Below are positions 26,788 through 35,757 of a stretch of DNA of 54,612 nt, piece after piece; position 1 is the stretch's first letter, and the number at the start of each line of letters is the position of its first letter. The notes beneath the pieces are model-generated. The model was not told the DNA's origin and did no database searches. It was given only the letters and a program-made list of their open reading frames with translations. The stretch is from positions 1 through 54,612 of IMG/VR virus record IMGVR_UViG_3300032233_002766. One strand, written 5' to 3'. This stretch comes from a virus. Its lineage: Duplodnaviria; Caudoviricetes. A program made the position numbers and the translations under genes.

Positions 26788-28165
26788 GCCCAAGCCCGCC
26801 TACGAAAACCGCCTTCGCCGCTCCTCCTACCCCAGCTTCTACCGCGACGGCATCGCGGCCTTCGCAGGGGTTCTGAGCCGCTACGAACTGCGTGGGGCCC
26901 CTCAGGGGCTGGTGCAGGCCGCGCAGGACATCGACGGGGAGGGCAACAGCCTGAAGAAGTGGGGCCTGTCGGCTGACGCCCTGGTGCTGCGTGATGGCGG
27001 CTGCCTGCTGATGGCGGACATGCCCGCCGATCAGGTATCCGACCGAGCTGTTGAGCGGGCCCAGGGCCGGCGGCCCACCTTCTCGGTGGCGGAGCGCCGC
27101 AACCTCCTGAACTGGCGGGTGCAGCGGGTCGGGCGGCGGATGGTGCCTACGGCGCTGACGGTCCTGGAGTGGCACGAGGAGGAAGACGACGACTACGGGA
27201 TGAAGCTGGTCCCCCGCTATCGGGTGATGAAGGGCGGGCAGTGGCGCCTATTGAAGATCGAAGGCGACGGCGGCCGGGGCAAGACCGCCAGTTATCAGGC
27301 GGAGGTGGTGCTTGGTGAAGACGGCAAGCCGATGGAGGGCACCTTCACCGGCGCCAATGGCCAGCCTCTGGCCTACCCCCCGGTGGTTTGGTATTCGGGC
27401 GGCGGTGAGCCCTTCGGGGAAGGAGCGATCCCCCTGCTCAGCCTCGCCAACCTCACCCTGGACTGGTTCCGCGAATATTCCGACCTGAAGGAACTCCTGC
27501 ACCGCTGCGCCCTGCCGGTGGCCGTGGTGAAGGGGCGCCGGATGACCGGGCCCAATGGTGAGGTCCTGCCGCTGACCCTGGGCCCCAACAGCCTCCTGGA
27601 GTTCCCAGACGGCAATGGTGATCTGGCCTTCGCTGAGCCCTCCGGCAGCAGCCTCGACAAGCATTTGAGCCACCTGGAGGGCATCGAGAAGCTGATCGAT
27701 CGCAGCACGCTTTCTTTCCTGTTCAGCGGCAACGGCAGCGGCCAGCGCACCGCCACCCAAGCGGAGCTGGAAGGCGCCCAGCTGCAGGCCACGATCACCT
27801 CAATGGCCGAGGCCAAAAGCTCCTGCTGGGAGAGCCTGTTTCAGCTCTGGGGCCAGTTCACCGGTGATCTGCCCGAGCCCGGCGCCGGCCTGGATCTACT
27901 GCCTGGTGTGACTGACAAGCCCGTGGACGATGCGCTGATCACCCTCGCCGGCACGCTCTACGACAAGGGTCTGCTGATGCGCGAGACCGTGACCCACCTG
28001 GCGCAGAAGCGGGGGATGCTCCGGCCTGGGGTGGATGCCGCCAAGGAAGCCAAGGATCTGGCCGCCGAGGATGCCCGCCAGCAGGAGCTGATGAACCCGC
28101 CACCGCCAGGGCCGAACGACCTGGCCGGGGATGGGCTGGATGCGCAGGGGTTGCCGTTGAGCTGA
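26627..28165 (+). CDS. Portal protein (DUF4055-type)
   Basis: HLPKESGEPKPAYENRL, DIDGEGNSL, IPLLSLANL, AEPSGSS, TATQA; 512 aa, follows the terminase. Confidence 0.88.
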   Translation: MRQSISHPTGDGKLPSFQHPKLAEVIGDLDLVADCWDLLPGEAKRRHLPKESGEPKPAYENRLRRSSYPSFYRDGIAAFAGVLSRYELRGAPQGLVQAAQDIDGEGNSLKKWGLSADALVLRDGGCLLMADMPADQVSDRAVERAQGRRPTFSVAERRNLLNWRVQRVGRRMVPTALTVLEWHEEEDDDYGMKLVPRYRVMKGGQWRLLKIEGDGGRGKTASYQAEVVLGEDGKPMEGTFTGANGQPLAYPPVVWYSGGGEPFGEGAIPLLSLANLTLDWFREYSDLKELLHRCALPVAVVKGRRMTGPNGEVLPLTLGPNSLLEFPDGNGDLAFAEPSGSSLDKHLSHLEGIEKLIDRSTLSFLFSGNGSGQRTATQAELEGAQLQATITSMAEAKSSCWESLFQLWGQFTGDLPEPGAGLDLLPGVTDKPVDDALITLAGTLYDKGLLMRETVTHLAQKRGMLRPGVDAAKEAKDLAAEDARQQELMNPPPPGPNDLAGDGLDAQGLPLS

Positions 28166-28166
28166 G

Positions 28167-29243
28167 ATGGCCCGCACCACCACCATCGGCGACCAACAGC
28201 TGCAGCTTGCCGACGACTACGCCGCCGCCCTTGACACCCTGGGCAACCGCGCCACCGTCAACACCCAGGCCTCCCTCCGCCGCGCCCTGGTGCGCACCCT
28301 GCGTGATCTGCGCCGGTACTACGGGCAGTTCGTAGACCCCAGCCTCCCCGATCAGCAGAGCGCCGATGGGGTGGCCCGCCGGCCGGGCTCCTACTCGATC
28401 GCTGATGGCTCCGCCAAGCTCCGCAAGCTGATCGAACTGGCCCAGGGCTTCCTCAGCGATCGGGAGCTTCAGTGGCTGCAGAACCGCTACCGGGAGGACT
28501 TCGCCGAGGCGGTGAACCTCGGCGGTGAGCTGGGCCAGCAGCTGGCGCAGACGGCCAACCCTGACGCCCCCGCCCAGGGCGCTTTTGTCGGCGCCTCTCG
28601 GGCTGCCGTGGAAGCCGCCGTGAACACCGCCAGCGCCTACATCCGCGGCGAGGTGGAAAGCTTCAGGGACAGCATCGCCCGCATCGTCACCGATGGCGTG
28701 GGCAGGGGCAAGGGGCCCCGGGTGCTGGAGCGGGAGATAAGGACCGCCCTCGAAGGCGCCCGCGACCCGCAGGGCCTGAACAACCGCATGGGCCTGGCGC
28801 AACGCGCCGAGCTGATCGCCCGCTCCGAGCTGGCCAATGCCTACGTGGGGGCGCAGAAGGCGGCAGCGGCCCGCAATGGCTACGGCTACGTTCGCTGGAT
28901 CGCCACCAAGGATGAGCGGACCTGTCCGGTGTGCGCCAGCCGCCATGGCCGGGTCTACCGAATCGGTGAGGTGGTGGCCCCGGGGCATCCTCGTTGCAGG
29001 TGCAGCCTGTCTCCCGTGGCTACAGAAGCCATCGAAGAAAAAGACCCCGAACTGAGGGCCACCCTGCTGCGCGAAGGCTTCTGGCAGCGCGAGCGCGAGG
29101 GGATCGCCGCCGAGTTTGGCGAGGCGAAGAAATGGCCTCCGGAGCGGGCCGGGAAGGTGCTGGAGGATGCCGTGCTCAAGCCGTCCCCCAGTGAGCGCAG
29201 GCAGTATCCGGGCATTGAGCGGGCTCCGGAGCCGGTGGCATGA
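28167..29243 (+). CDS. Minor head protein (MuF/SPP1 gp7-like)
   Basis: RAELIARSE, W.ATKDERTCPVC...HG, PGHPRCRCS. Confidence 0.88.
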   Translation: MARTTTIGDQQLQLADDYAAALDTLGNRATVNTQASLRRALVRTLRDLRRYYGQFVDPSLPDQQSADGVARRPGSYSIADGSAKLRKLIELAQGFLSDRELQWLQNRYREDFAEAVNLGGELGQQLAQTANPDAPAQGAFVGASRAAVEAAVNTASAYIRGEVESFRDSIARIVTDGVGRGKGPRVLEREIRTALEGARDPQGLNNRMGLAQRAELIARSELANAYVGAQKAAAARNGYGYVRWIATKDERTCPVCASRHGRVYRIGEVVAPGHPRCRCSLSPVATEAIEEKDPELRATLLREGFWQREREGIAAEFGEAKKWPPERAGKVLEDAVLKPSPSERRQYPGIERAPEPVA

Positions 29244-29398
29244 GGGAAGCCGAGGTGCGCGAACTGATCCGCCAGGCGATCCGCGAGCACGAGGCCCGGG
29301 TCGCTGCGGTGTGGGCGGTTGCGGCGGCGGTGGTGCTGGTGGGCACCTGGCAGGCGCTGCTGGTGCTGTTGCGGGGGCTGGTGCTGGAGGCGAGGTGA
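29240..29398 (+). CDS. Small membrane protein (52 aa; not in ORF track)
   Basis: MREAEVRELIRQAIREHEARVAAVWAVAAAVVLVGTWQALLVLL; ATGA overlap. Confidence 0.55.
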   Translation: MREAEVRELIRQAIREHEARVAAVWAVAAAVVLVGTWQALLVLLRGLVLEAR

Positions 29399-29409
29399 GG
29401 TGGCCGGGG

Positions 29410-29420
29410 CGGGAAAACTG
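29410..29420 (+). promoter_or_regulatory. Late promoter-like motif CGGGAAAACTG
   Basis: 20 nt before GTG 29441. Confidence 0.7.
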
Positions 29421-29440
29421 CTGTAGTAGCAGGGGTTCCC

Positions 29441-30058
29441 GTGGCTGGCGGTGGTAGAGGCAGGCGTACCTACACGAGGGACGGCCGAGGCCGCTTCGCC
29501 TCGACTGGAACCACCACGGCAAAGGCCAAGCCCGCCGCCCGGCGAGCGCAGCGCGGCACCAACCGCCTCACCAGGGACAACAGCGGCAGGATCACAGGTG
29601 CCGGGAAGAACGGAGCAACCGCCAGGGGCGGCCGGCTGCGGACTGCTGCAGGGAATCAGCGGGGGGCGGTGCTGGATCGGATGAAGCGGGCGCCGATGGC
29701 GGGGACTGTGGGCAAGAAAAGAGGTAAGCTATCGACGAGTAAAATGAAAAAAATGAGTTCTTACAGCAGGGTTGCAGCGTCGGGGCAGGATCTGGCCCGG
29801 AGGTGGGCAAGAGCAGGCGGGGCCGCACGTAGACGCGGAATAGAGAGCTATGCGGGCCCGCCGAGTCGAAAGAAGGCGGAGCGGGCCGCAGTGGTTGACG
29901 CGGCTGCGCGTGGATTCAGGGGAGCCATGGCGGGCGCCCCGGGGCTGAGGTATGCAAACGCAATGAAGCAGCAGGATACTCAGCAAAAAGCAGAGGCTTC
30001 TTTCAGGGCGCGGCCAGTATTTAGTACGAAGCAGAAAACAAGGAAGAACTGGATTTAA
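29441..30058 (+). CDS. Highly basic protein with RDxxGRF motif
   Basis: RRTYTRDGRGRFASTG; R/K/A/G-rich. Confidence 0.75.
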   Translation: MAGGGRGRRTYTRDGRGRFASTGTTTAKAKPAARRAQRGTNRLTRDNSGRITGAGKNGATARGGRLRTAAGNQRGAVLDRMKRAPMAGTVGKKRGKLSTSKMKKMSSYSRVAASGQDLARRWARAGGAARRRGIESYAGPPSRKKAERAAVVDAAARGFRGAMAGAPGLRYANAMKQQDTQQKAEASFRARPVFSTKQKTRKNWI

Positions 30059-30061
30059 CCC

Positions 30062-30289
30062 ATGACCACCACCCCCACCCGCCCCCCAAGCCTCCGCCTG
30101 ATCCAGGGCATCGCTGTCGCCTGCCTTCAGCGCAACGCCATCGCCGCCCAGCAGGGCCTGCGGGTGATGACCGAAGCCTTGGAGCCCGAGGAGGCGCAGC
30201 AGGCGTTGCACCTGTTGGTGGGCGCCCTGGACCCTGCCCAGCGCTATTGGCTCGGAACACTTGATGGGCCGCGAGTGGGGCGGCCGTGA
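30062..30289 (+). CDS. Hypothetical protein
   Basis: 75 aa helical ORF. Confidence 0.55.
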   Translation: MTTTPTRPPSLRLIQGIAVACLQRNAIAAQQGLRVMTEALEPEEAQQALHLLVGALDPAQRYWLGTLDGPRVGRP

Positions 30290-30300
30290 TGAGGAAACAG

Positions 30301-30334
30301 CGGGAAAACTGCGGCTGTCACCATCAACCAGCGA
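30301..30334 (+). promoter_or_regulatory. CGGGAAAACTG (30301-30311) plus CAACCAGCGA (30325-30334)
   Basis: Both motifs precede ATG 30340. Confidence 0.65.
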
Positions 30335-30339
30335 GCACC

Positions 30340-30648
30340 ATGGCCGGCAATCCCGGGGCAGGAAAGCAGCAGCGCAAGCAGGCGCAGCCGCAGCAGAAGA
30401 AACCCGCCGGCCCCAGGCCGGAACCCGGCCGCCCCGGCTGCTACCGCGATCCCAGTACCGGCAAGTTCGTCTGCCCCCCAGGCGCCAAGCCAGGCGCTCG
30501 CCCAGCCGCCAAGCCTTCCCGCAAGCCTGCTGCCGCCCCAGCGCCAACCCGCAAGCCGCCAAAGGGCTGGTTCCCGATGCCCGACCAACGCGAGCTGCTG
30601 AACCGCTCGAACATTGCCCGCCGGGGCCGCTCCCCTCGCACCGCCTGA
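30340..30648 (+). CDS. Basic Pro-rich protein with YRDPSTGKF motif
   Basis: Variant of the RDxxGRF motif. Confidence 0.65.
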   Translation: MAGNPGAGKQQRKQAQPQQKKPAGPRPEPGRPGCYRDPSTGKFVCPPGAKPGARPAAKPSRKPAAAPAPTRKPPKGWFPMPDQRELLNRSNIARRGRSPRTA

Positions 30649-30652
30649 GCCG

Positions 30653-31168
30653 ATGGCCATCCTTCCCACGCTCGATCCCCTCTGGCGGCCTACGGGCACC
30701 GACACCACCAACGACCTGGTGCTGATCCGCACCTGGATCGGCTGGCCTGCCACCGATGCAAGCCTGACCGAGCTGATCCAGCAGATGAACGCCCTGGCCG
30801 GCCTCTCAACGGCTGATGTGGCCCAGGTTCAGACCTGGATCGATGAAGTGATCACCCTGGAGGCCACCCAAGCCGGCGCTGTCGCCGATGGCACCGCCCA
30901 CCTGGGCAACGCCACCGAATACGAAGGCCCGATCCCCGGTACCACGCCAACCCGTGAGCAGCAGCTTTCCCAAGCTGACGTGCTGCAGTGGGATACCAGC
31001 CTGCTCAAGGCCCGCTACGGCTTCTCTGGCGGCGGCCCCGGCGCCACAGCCCAGGGGCAGCGCGAGCAGCGGATGCAGACGCTGATCACCCGCATCGCGC
31101 AAACCCTGAACGTGGCCCGGCTGGCCCCGCAAGGCGCGAGCGGCGGCGGGATGCTGCTGCGGAGCTGA
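30653..31168 (+). CDS. Putative head-tail adaptor
   Basis: Size, position and ADVLQW motif. Confidence 0.5.
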   Translation: MAILPTLDPLWRPTGTDTTNDLVLIRTWIGWPATDASLTELIQQMNALAGLSTADVAQVQTWIDEVITLEATQAGAVADGTAHLGNATEYEGPIPGTTPTREQQLSQADVLQWDTSLLKARYGFSGGGPGATAQGQREQRMQTLITRIAQTLNVARLAPQGASGGGMLLRS

Positions 31169-31177
31169 GGGCGAAGG

Positions 31178-31188
31178 CGGGAAAACTG
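31178..31188 (+). promoter_or_regulatory. Late promoter-like motif CGGGAAAACTG
   Basis: 19 nt before ATG 31208. Confidence 0.7.
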
Positions 31189-31207
31189 CGGCAGAGGATC
31201 CGCCCTG

Positions 31208-32482
31208 ATGGCCCGCCGCAGCAGCTACGTCCGAGACAGCTCGGGCCGCTTTAGCTCCACCCCCGGTGGAGGCCCAGCCCGCAGCTCCCCGGGCACTCGC
31301 CGCGCCAAAGCCAAGGCGAAGGCAACCGGTGGCACCCTCGCCGCCAGGAGCCAGCTGCGGGCCGCTCGCGCCAAGCTCACGCCAGGCGCCAGCCGTCAGC
31401 AGCGGGGTGCCGTGACCCGCGCCAGCAACCGCCTGAAGGCAACCGGTGCCGCCGGCCGGATGAAGCGGCCCGGGGCGGCCGTGGCTGGCCGGATCGCCAA
31501 GCCGAAGGGCCTGCAGCGTGACCCGCAGGCTGCCGCCAAGCTCGCCGCCGGCCGGAAGGGGCCTGCAGCAGCAGGGGCCACCACCAGGGGCCGCCAGCCC
31601 AACCTCAAGGCCCAGCGGGCCAAGGAAATGGCCAATCGCACCAGGGTGGTGCCGGGGCGAATGTTCAACGATGGGCAGGACGTTCGCACACTGTCGCTCG
31701 CGCAGATGAGAGCCGCCGTGCGCCAGCGGCTGCGCTCGGGCGGCATCGAAACCCGAAAGCAGTATCAGGTTTTCTACGGCAAGCCGCCCACCACCCGCAG
31801 CGGCTGGGAGGAGATGTACCGACAGGTTGTGACCTCCCCCCAGTCCGATCGGAACCTGAAGCCCCGGCGCGGGGTCGTAAACGGGATGGACGTTCAAAAG
31901 AGCTTCAGGCCCTGGCAGGTGTTTGGCCTCAACCCCAAGACCGCCACCCGGGCGGACGTGGAGCAGGCTTACCGGCGCGTGGCCAAGCAGGTTCACCCGG
32001 ACGCCGGGGGGCGCCGGAGGGATTTCGAGCGGGTGAAGACGATGCGAGATTCGGTGCTGGCACTGATGCCGCAACCCAAGGCCCCCAAGGGTCGCGGGAA
32101 GGGAGCCGCAAAGGCGAAGGCCAGCGCCCCGGCCGCCCCGGCCGCTCCCCAGGGGCCGAAGCTGCTGCCGCCGGCACGGGGGACGGGGGCGAGGAACGCC
32201 GTCACCGCCTCCCCTCGCCGGCTGAACAGCCAGGAGCGAGCCGTGGCCAGCGTGATGGCAAACAGCAAGTTCAAATCCGATGCAGCCAAGCGAAGGGAGC
32301 TGACGCGGCTTGGCTTCTCGATGAACCAGGAGCAGCTGCTGCAGGCCAGCAATCAGGTGCGCCGCAAGATCAGCCTGTCCCCGATGGCTGATCGCAACAC
32401 CGCCCGCCAGGCGCTGGACCGGGCCACGGGCGCAACCCCTCCAGCCCGCAAACCCCGCCGCAAGCCGAAGCCGAAGCCCTGA
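31208..32482 (+). CDS. Highly basic protein with RDxxGRF motif and internal J-domain
   Basis: YVRDSSGRFSS; PWQVFGL...DVEQAYRRVAKQVHPDAGG...FERVK. Confidence 0.85.
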   Translation: MARRSSYVRDSSGRFSSTPGGGPARSSPGTRRAKAKAKATGGTLAARSQLRAARAKLTPGASRQQRGAVTRASNRLKATGAAGRMKRPGAAVAGRIAKPKGLQRDPQAAAKLAAGRKGPAAAGATTRGRQPNLKAQRAKEMANRTRVVPGRMFNDGQDVRTLSLAQMRAAVRQRLRSGGIETRKQYQVFYGKPPTTRSGWEEMYRQVVTSPQSDRNLKPRRGVVNGMDVQKSFRPWQVFGLNPKTATRADVEQAYRRVAKQVHPDAGGRRRDFERVKTMRDSVLALMPQPKAPKGRGKGAAKAKASAPAAPAAPQGPKLLPPARGTGARNAVTASPRRLNSQERAVASVMANSKFKSDAAKRRELTRLGFSMNQEQLLQASNQVRRKISLSPMADRNTARQALDRATGATPPARKPRRKPKPKP

Positions 32483-32485
32483 GCC

Positions 32486-32956
32486 ATGGCCAGCCCCTTC
32501 GCCCCGTACACCAACACCCGCATGCTCTGGCACCGCCCTGGGGCGCCTCAGCTCAGCCTGCGCGAAGGGATCCGGCCTGCTGCTGATCAGGTGGTGCTGG
32601 AGGGCTTCGCCAAGCTCCAGGGGCCCAGCGGTGAGCAGCCTTCCGGCGGGCGCAACATCGGCGCCGCCAGCGCCACCGTCTACGTGACCCGCTGGGCTGT
32701 GGTCAACACCGGCGCCAGCTGGCTTGATGCCGGCGAGGGATGGGAATGGGTGGCCACCGGCCTGCGGCCCACGGGCCTGCCCCGGGGGGAGAAGCTGGAA
32801 GCCTTCATCGGTGGCCTCTCGGCCCTGCCGGTGCTGGGCGATGGCGAGCGGGGCTGGCTGACGATCGCCACCATGACCGGCGAAGGCGGCATCGATGCCT
32901 TGGTGCGGTCTGCTGCAGGCGACAAGCTCACCGGCACCTTTGCGGCGGGGCGGTGA
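32486..32956 (+). CDS. Putative head closure protein
   Basis: Beta-rich 156 aa protein; position. Confidence 0.45.
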   Translation: MASPFAPYTNTRMLWHRPGAPQLSLREGIRPAADQVVLEGFAKLQGPSGEQPSGGRNIGAASATVYVTRWAVVNTGASWLDAGEGWEWVATGLRPTGLPRGEKLEAFIGGLSALPVLGDGERGWLTIATMTGEGGIDALVRSAAGDKLTGTFAAGR

Positions 32957-33450
32957 AGGTCACGGTCAAGGCCTCGGCCAGGCTGAACCTGAACATCGCC
33001 GCCAAGGCGACCCGAGCGGCTGAGGCGGCCACCCGCGTGGTGGGGCCGGAGCTGAACAGCGCCTTCCAGGCGGCGATCGGGGCGAAGGTGTGGAGCTGGC
33101 CGCGGGTGACGTATCGGGGCTCCACCTACCGCAAGGACGGCAGCCGCACCAAGGGCTACCAGGTGGGCAGCCCTCGAAACATCGTCGATAAGGGCATCCT
33201 GAAGGCCAGCAACAGCCTCACGATCAGCGGCAACCTGGTCACCTTCCGCTGGGCTGTGGGCTATGCCACCGCCGTGCACGATGGCGCGAGGATCTACCCC
33301 TTTGGGGATCGCACGAAAAAGCAGGTTCTGTTGCCCGCGAGGCCCTGGACTTCAGCGGTACTCGGTAGACTGATCATCCCTGGAATCGAGCCGTTTGATT
33401 ACGGCTCGGCGTACAAGGCAGCCTTTATCAGTGCATACAGGAACCTATGA
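32953..33450 (+). CDS. Tail completion/neck protein (HK97 gp10-like)
   Basis: PRNIVDKGILKAS, YATAVHDG, PARPW. Confidence 0.65.
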   Translation: MKVTVKASARLNLNIAAKATRAAEAATRVVGPELNSAFQAAIGAKVWSWPRVTYRGSTYRKDGSRTKGYQVGSPRNIVDKGILKASNSLTISGNLVTFRWAVGYATAVHDGARIYPFGDRTKKQVLLPARPWTSAVLGRLIIPGIEPFDYGSAYKAAFISAYRNL

Positions 33451-34202
33451 CCCTCGCCGCCCTCCCTTGGAAAACGCTGCCGCGGCAGGAGCAGCGGGTG
33501 CAGGAGGTGAGCTTCCAAGGCGGGACGCTCGAAATCCCCCTGCTGGGCCACGTGACCGTCGATGAGCTGGCCCTGGCGGGGGAGATCGACCCGCAGAACC
33601 AGGTCTACCGGCTGACCAGTGACGCGGCGGTGAAGATCGCGGCGGCCGACGCGGACGGCATGCCCGCCCATGTGGTGTTTGGCATCCTGTCGAGGATTCA
33701 GGCGGCCGGCACCGGTATCGGCGTGGCGTTCGACAAGGCGGAGGATGAGCTGTGCGCCCGCCATGGCGCAATCCTGGCCCCGTACCTGAAAGCTTGCGCA
33801 GCGATCAACCGCGAGCTGCAGAACCGCCAGGCCCTGGTGATGCTGCAGCGGCTGGAGGCCTGCGCGAGTTGGGGGGACGAGGAGGTGCGGGCCCTCCCGG
33901 GTGCCCTGGTGGCCCAGTTGGCGGCCCTGTTCGCAAGCGAGCAGTGGGCGATGGGTGGCGGGCCGTCGCCTGAAGAGGCCCTGCGGAACCTGGAGGCCGA
34001 TCTGGGAAAGTTGCGGCCGGACGTGAGCTGGCCTGCGATCGACCCGACTGGGGAGCCTGCTACTGGGAGCTACGCCGCCTCTTCCCCGGCGCTGCCGAGT
34101 TCACCCCCGAGCGGTTCGGTTCGCTCCCGGGCCGCTATGCGCTCGAAGCCCTCGAAGCGGGCCACCGCCAAGAACGCCGAGGGCTTCACCAGCGAGAGCT
34201 GA
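33447..34202 (+). CDS. Tail assembly chaperone (gpG-like)
   Basis: In-frame G GGA AAG slippery site at 34004-34010. Confidence 0.7.
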   Translation: MTLAALPWKTLPRQEQRVQEVSFQGGTLEIPLLGHVTVDELALAGEIDPQNQVYRLTSDAAVKIAAADADGMPAHVVFGILSRIQAAGTGIGVAFDKAEDELCARHGAILAPYLKACAAINRELQNRQALVMLQRLEACASWGDEEVRALPGALVAQLAALFASEQWAMGGGPSPEEALRNLEADLGKLRPDVSWPAIDPTGEPATGSYAASSPALPSSPPSGSVRSRAAMRSKPSKRATAKNAEGFTSES

Positions 34203-34696
34203 ACCTGGCGCGGCTGGCGCAGCTGCAGGCCGAGGCCAACCGCATTGCCCTGATGGCCGCCGGGGGCACACCAGAGGGCGATCCGCCCAGCCTGTTGGAC
34301 TTCTGCTTCTGGGCAGAGGTGACTGAGAAGCCAAGGCCCCCCGAGCAGGCCGGCGCAGCGATGCTGGCCCTGCTGGAACGCGATCTGCTGCCGTCGTTCG
34401 TGCTTGATGGCCCGTGGCTGGCAGAACTGGAGGCCCAGGGGCGCGGGGTCACCCCACCGCGGCGCCTGTGCTGGGCGGCCGAGGATGCGATCCTGCTGGC
34501 CCCCTACCGGGCCGACGGTGAGCACTGGGGCGGGTTCCTGGTGACCCGGGCCAGCGCCGCGGGTCAGGTGCGGCTGTTCGCCTCAGAGGAGGGCGAGGAG
34601 GTGACCCTGAGGGTGCCGGCTGACGTGGTGCCGCCCAAGGCGTTCTCGGGCTGCCGCGCCAATGCTCTGGTGCCTATCTGGACCCGGGAAAACTGA
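34004..34696 (+). CDS. -1 frameshift extension (gpT-like)
   Basis: The -1 frame opens after TGA 33971 and runs to 34696; its first ATG is at 34253. Confidence 0.7.
   Translation, partial: GKVAAGRELACDRPDWGACYWELRRLFPGAAEFTPERFGSLPGRYALEALEAGHRQERRGLHQRELNLARLAQLQAEANRIALMAAGGTPEGDPPSLLDFCFWAEVTEKPRPPEQAGAAMLALLERDLLPSFVLDGPWLAELEAQGRGVTPPRRLCWAAEDAILLAPYRADGEHWGGFLVTRASAAGQVRLFASEEGEEVTLRVPADVVPPKAFSGCRANALVPIWTREN
34685..34695 (+). promoter_or_regulatory. Late promoter-like motif CGGGAAAACTG
   Basis: 20 nt before ATG 34716. Confidence 0.7.
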
Positions 34697-34715
34697 GGGC
34701 AGAGAACCCCCTGCC

Positions 34716-35582
34716 ATGACCACCAACGTCGGATACACGGCCGCTCTCAACATCCAGCACTACATCGTGCTGATGCTGATGACCGCGGTGAACCTGGAAG
34801 ACGCCGCCACCGCCGCCGAAAACAACGGCGCCAGCCTCTCGACCTGGCTCAACACCGCCAACGCCCTCTCGGGTCAGCTGCCGGTGAGCACCAGCGGCGA
34901 GGGCTCCACCTTCCGGCTGCTGGTGGGCGGGGCGGTTCGCACCGTGACCAATGCCGCCCTGGCTACCAACGTGGCCACCTTGACCCTGAGCGCTGCAGCC
35001 GGCGCCCTGGTGGGTGAGTCGATCGTGGTAGCGGGCCTGCCGGCACCCTTCGCCAGCCTGAACGGAACCCGGACGATCACCGCGGTCACCACCGCCAGCC
35101 CCTTCACCGTGAGTTTTGCGCTCACCGGCACGAACATCACCTCGGCCAGTGTTGCCGCCGGCACTGTGACCACGGGCGTTTACCCCCTCGATGGCACCGG
35201 CAAGCCGATCCAGCTGAGCAACGTGACCGGGGCGCCGCTGAGCACCAGCACCAACGATGAGAGCGTGATCACTCACGACCAAATCACCCGCGGCTCGGCA
35301 ATCGCCATCGGCATCTCGGACACGCACAGCTTCGCCTTTAAGGGCATGACGGTCCACAAGGGCGTGGATCACAAGGTGATGGAGGTGATGCGCCAGTTCT
35401 CGGTATCGGAAGGCCTGGCCGTGAAGTACCTGCGCGTAGGCCCCGGTGGCACCACTGAAAAAAAGCTCTGCTACGGGCAGATCAAGAGCAAGCAGGAGGA
35501 GGGCGATGCCGGCGCTCTGGTGAAGTACGGGGCCACCCTGTCGGCACTGGGCCAGGTGTTCACGATCTTTGATAACACCTGA
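34716..35582 (+). CDS. Major tail (tube) protein with inserted beta domain
   Basis: Thr/Ala-rich; C-terminal tube-like GQIKSKQEEGDAGALVKYGATLSALG. Confidence 0.7.
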   Translation: MTTNVGYTAALNIQHYIVLMLMTAVNLEDAATAAENNGASLSTWLNTANALSGQLPVSTSGEGSTFRLLVGGAVRTVTNAALATNVATLTLSAAAGALVGESIVVAGLPAPFASLNGTRTITAVTTASPFTVSFALTGTNITSASVAAGTVTTGVYPLDGTGKPIQLSNVTGAPLSTSTNDESVITHDQITRGSAIAIGISDTHSFAFKGMTVHKGVDHKVMEVMRQFSVSEGLAVKYLRVGPGGTTEKKLCYGQIKSKQEEGDAGALVKYGATLSALGQVFTIFDNT

Positions 35583-35586
35583 TCTT

Positions 35587-35757
35587 GTGACAGTTGACGG
35601 GCAGGTTCATGTAGTCGAGTGCGACGAAAGACCGGGGCAGAAGCTATGGCGCATCTGCTCCGGTGGCTCCTGCCTGGTGAATCGCAACCTGGTGGTGCTG
35701 ATCGAGGCCTACCGCGACCTGCTGATCAGTCAGGGGCGGATGGTTGGGGATGAGTAG
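35587..35757 (+). CDS. Small hypothetical protein
   Basis: VTVDGQVHVVEC...LWRICSGGSC. Confidence 0.45.
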   Translation: MTVDGQVHVVECDERPGQKLWRICSGGSCLVNRNLVVLIEAYRDLLISQGRMVGDE

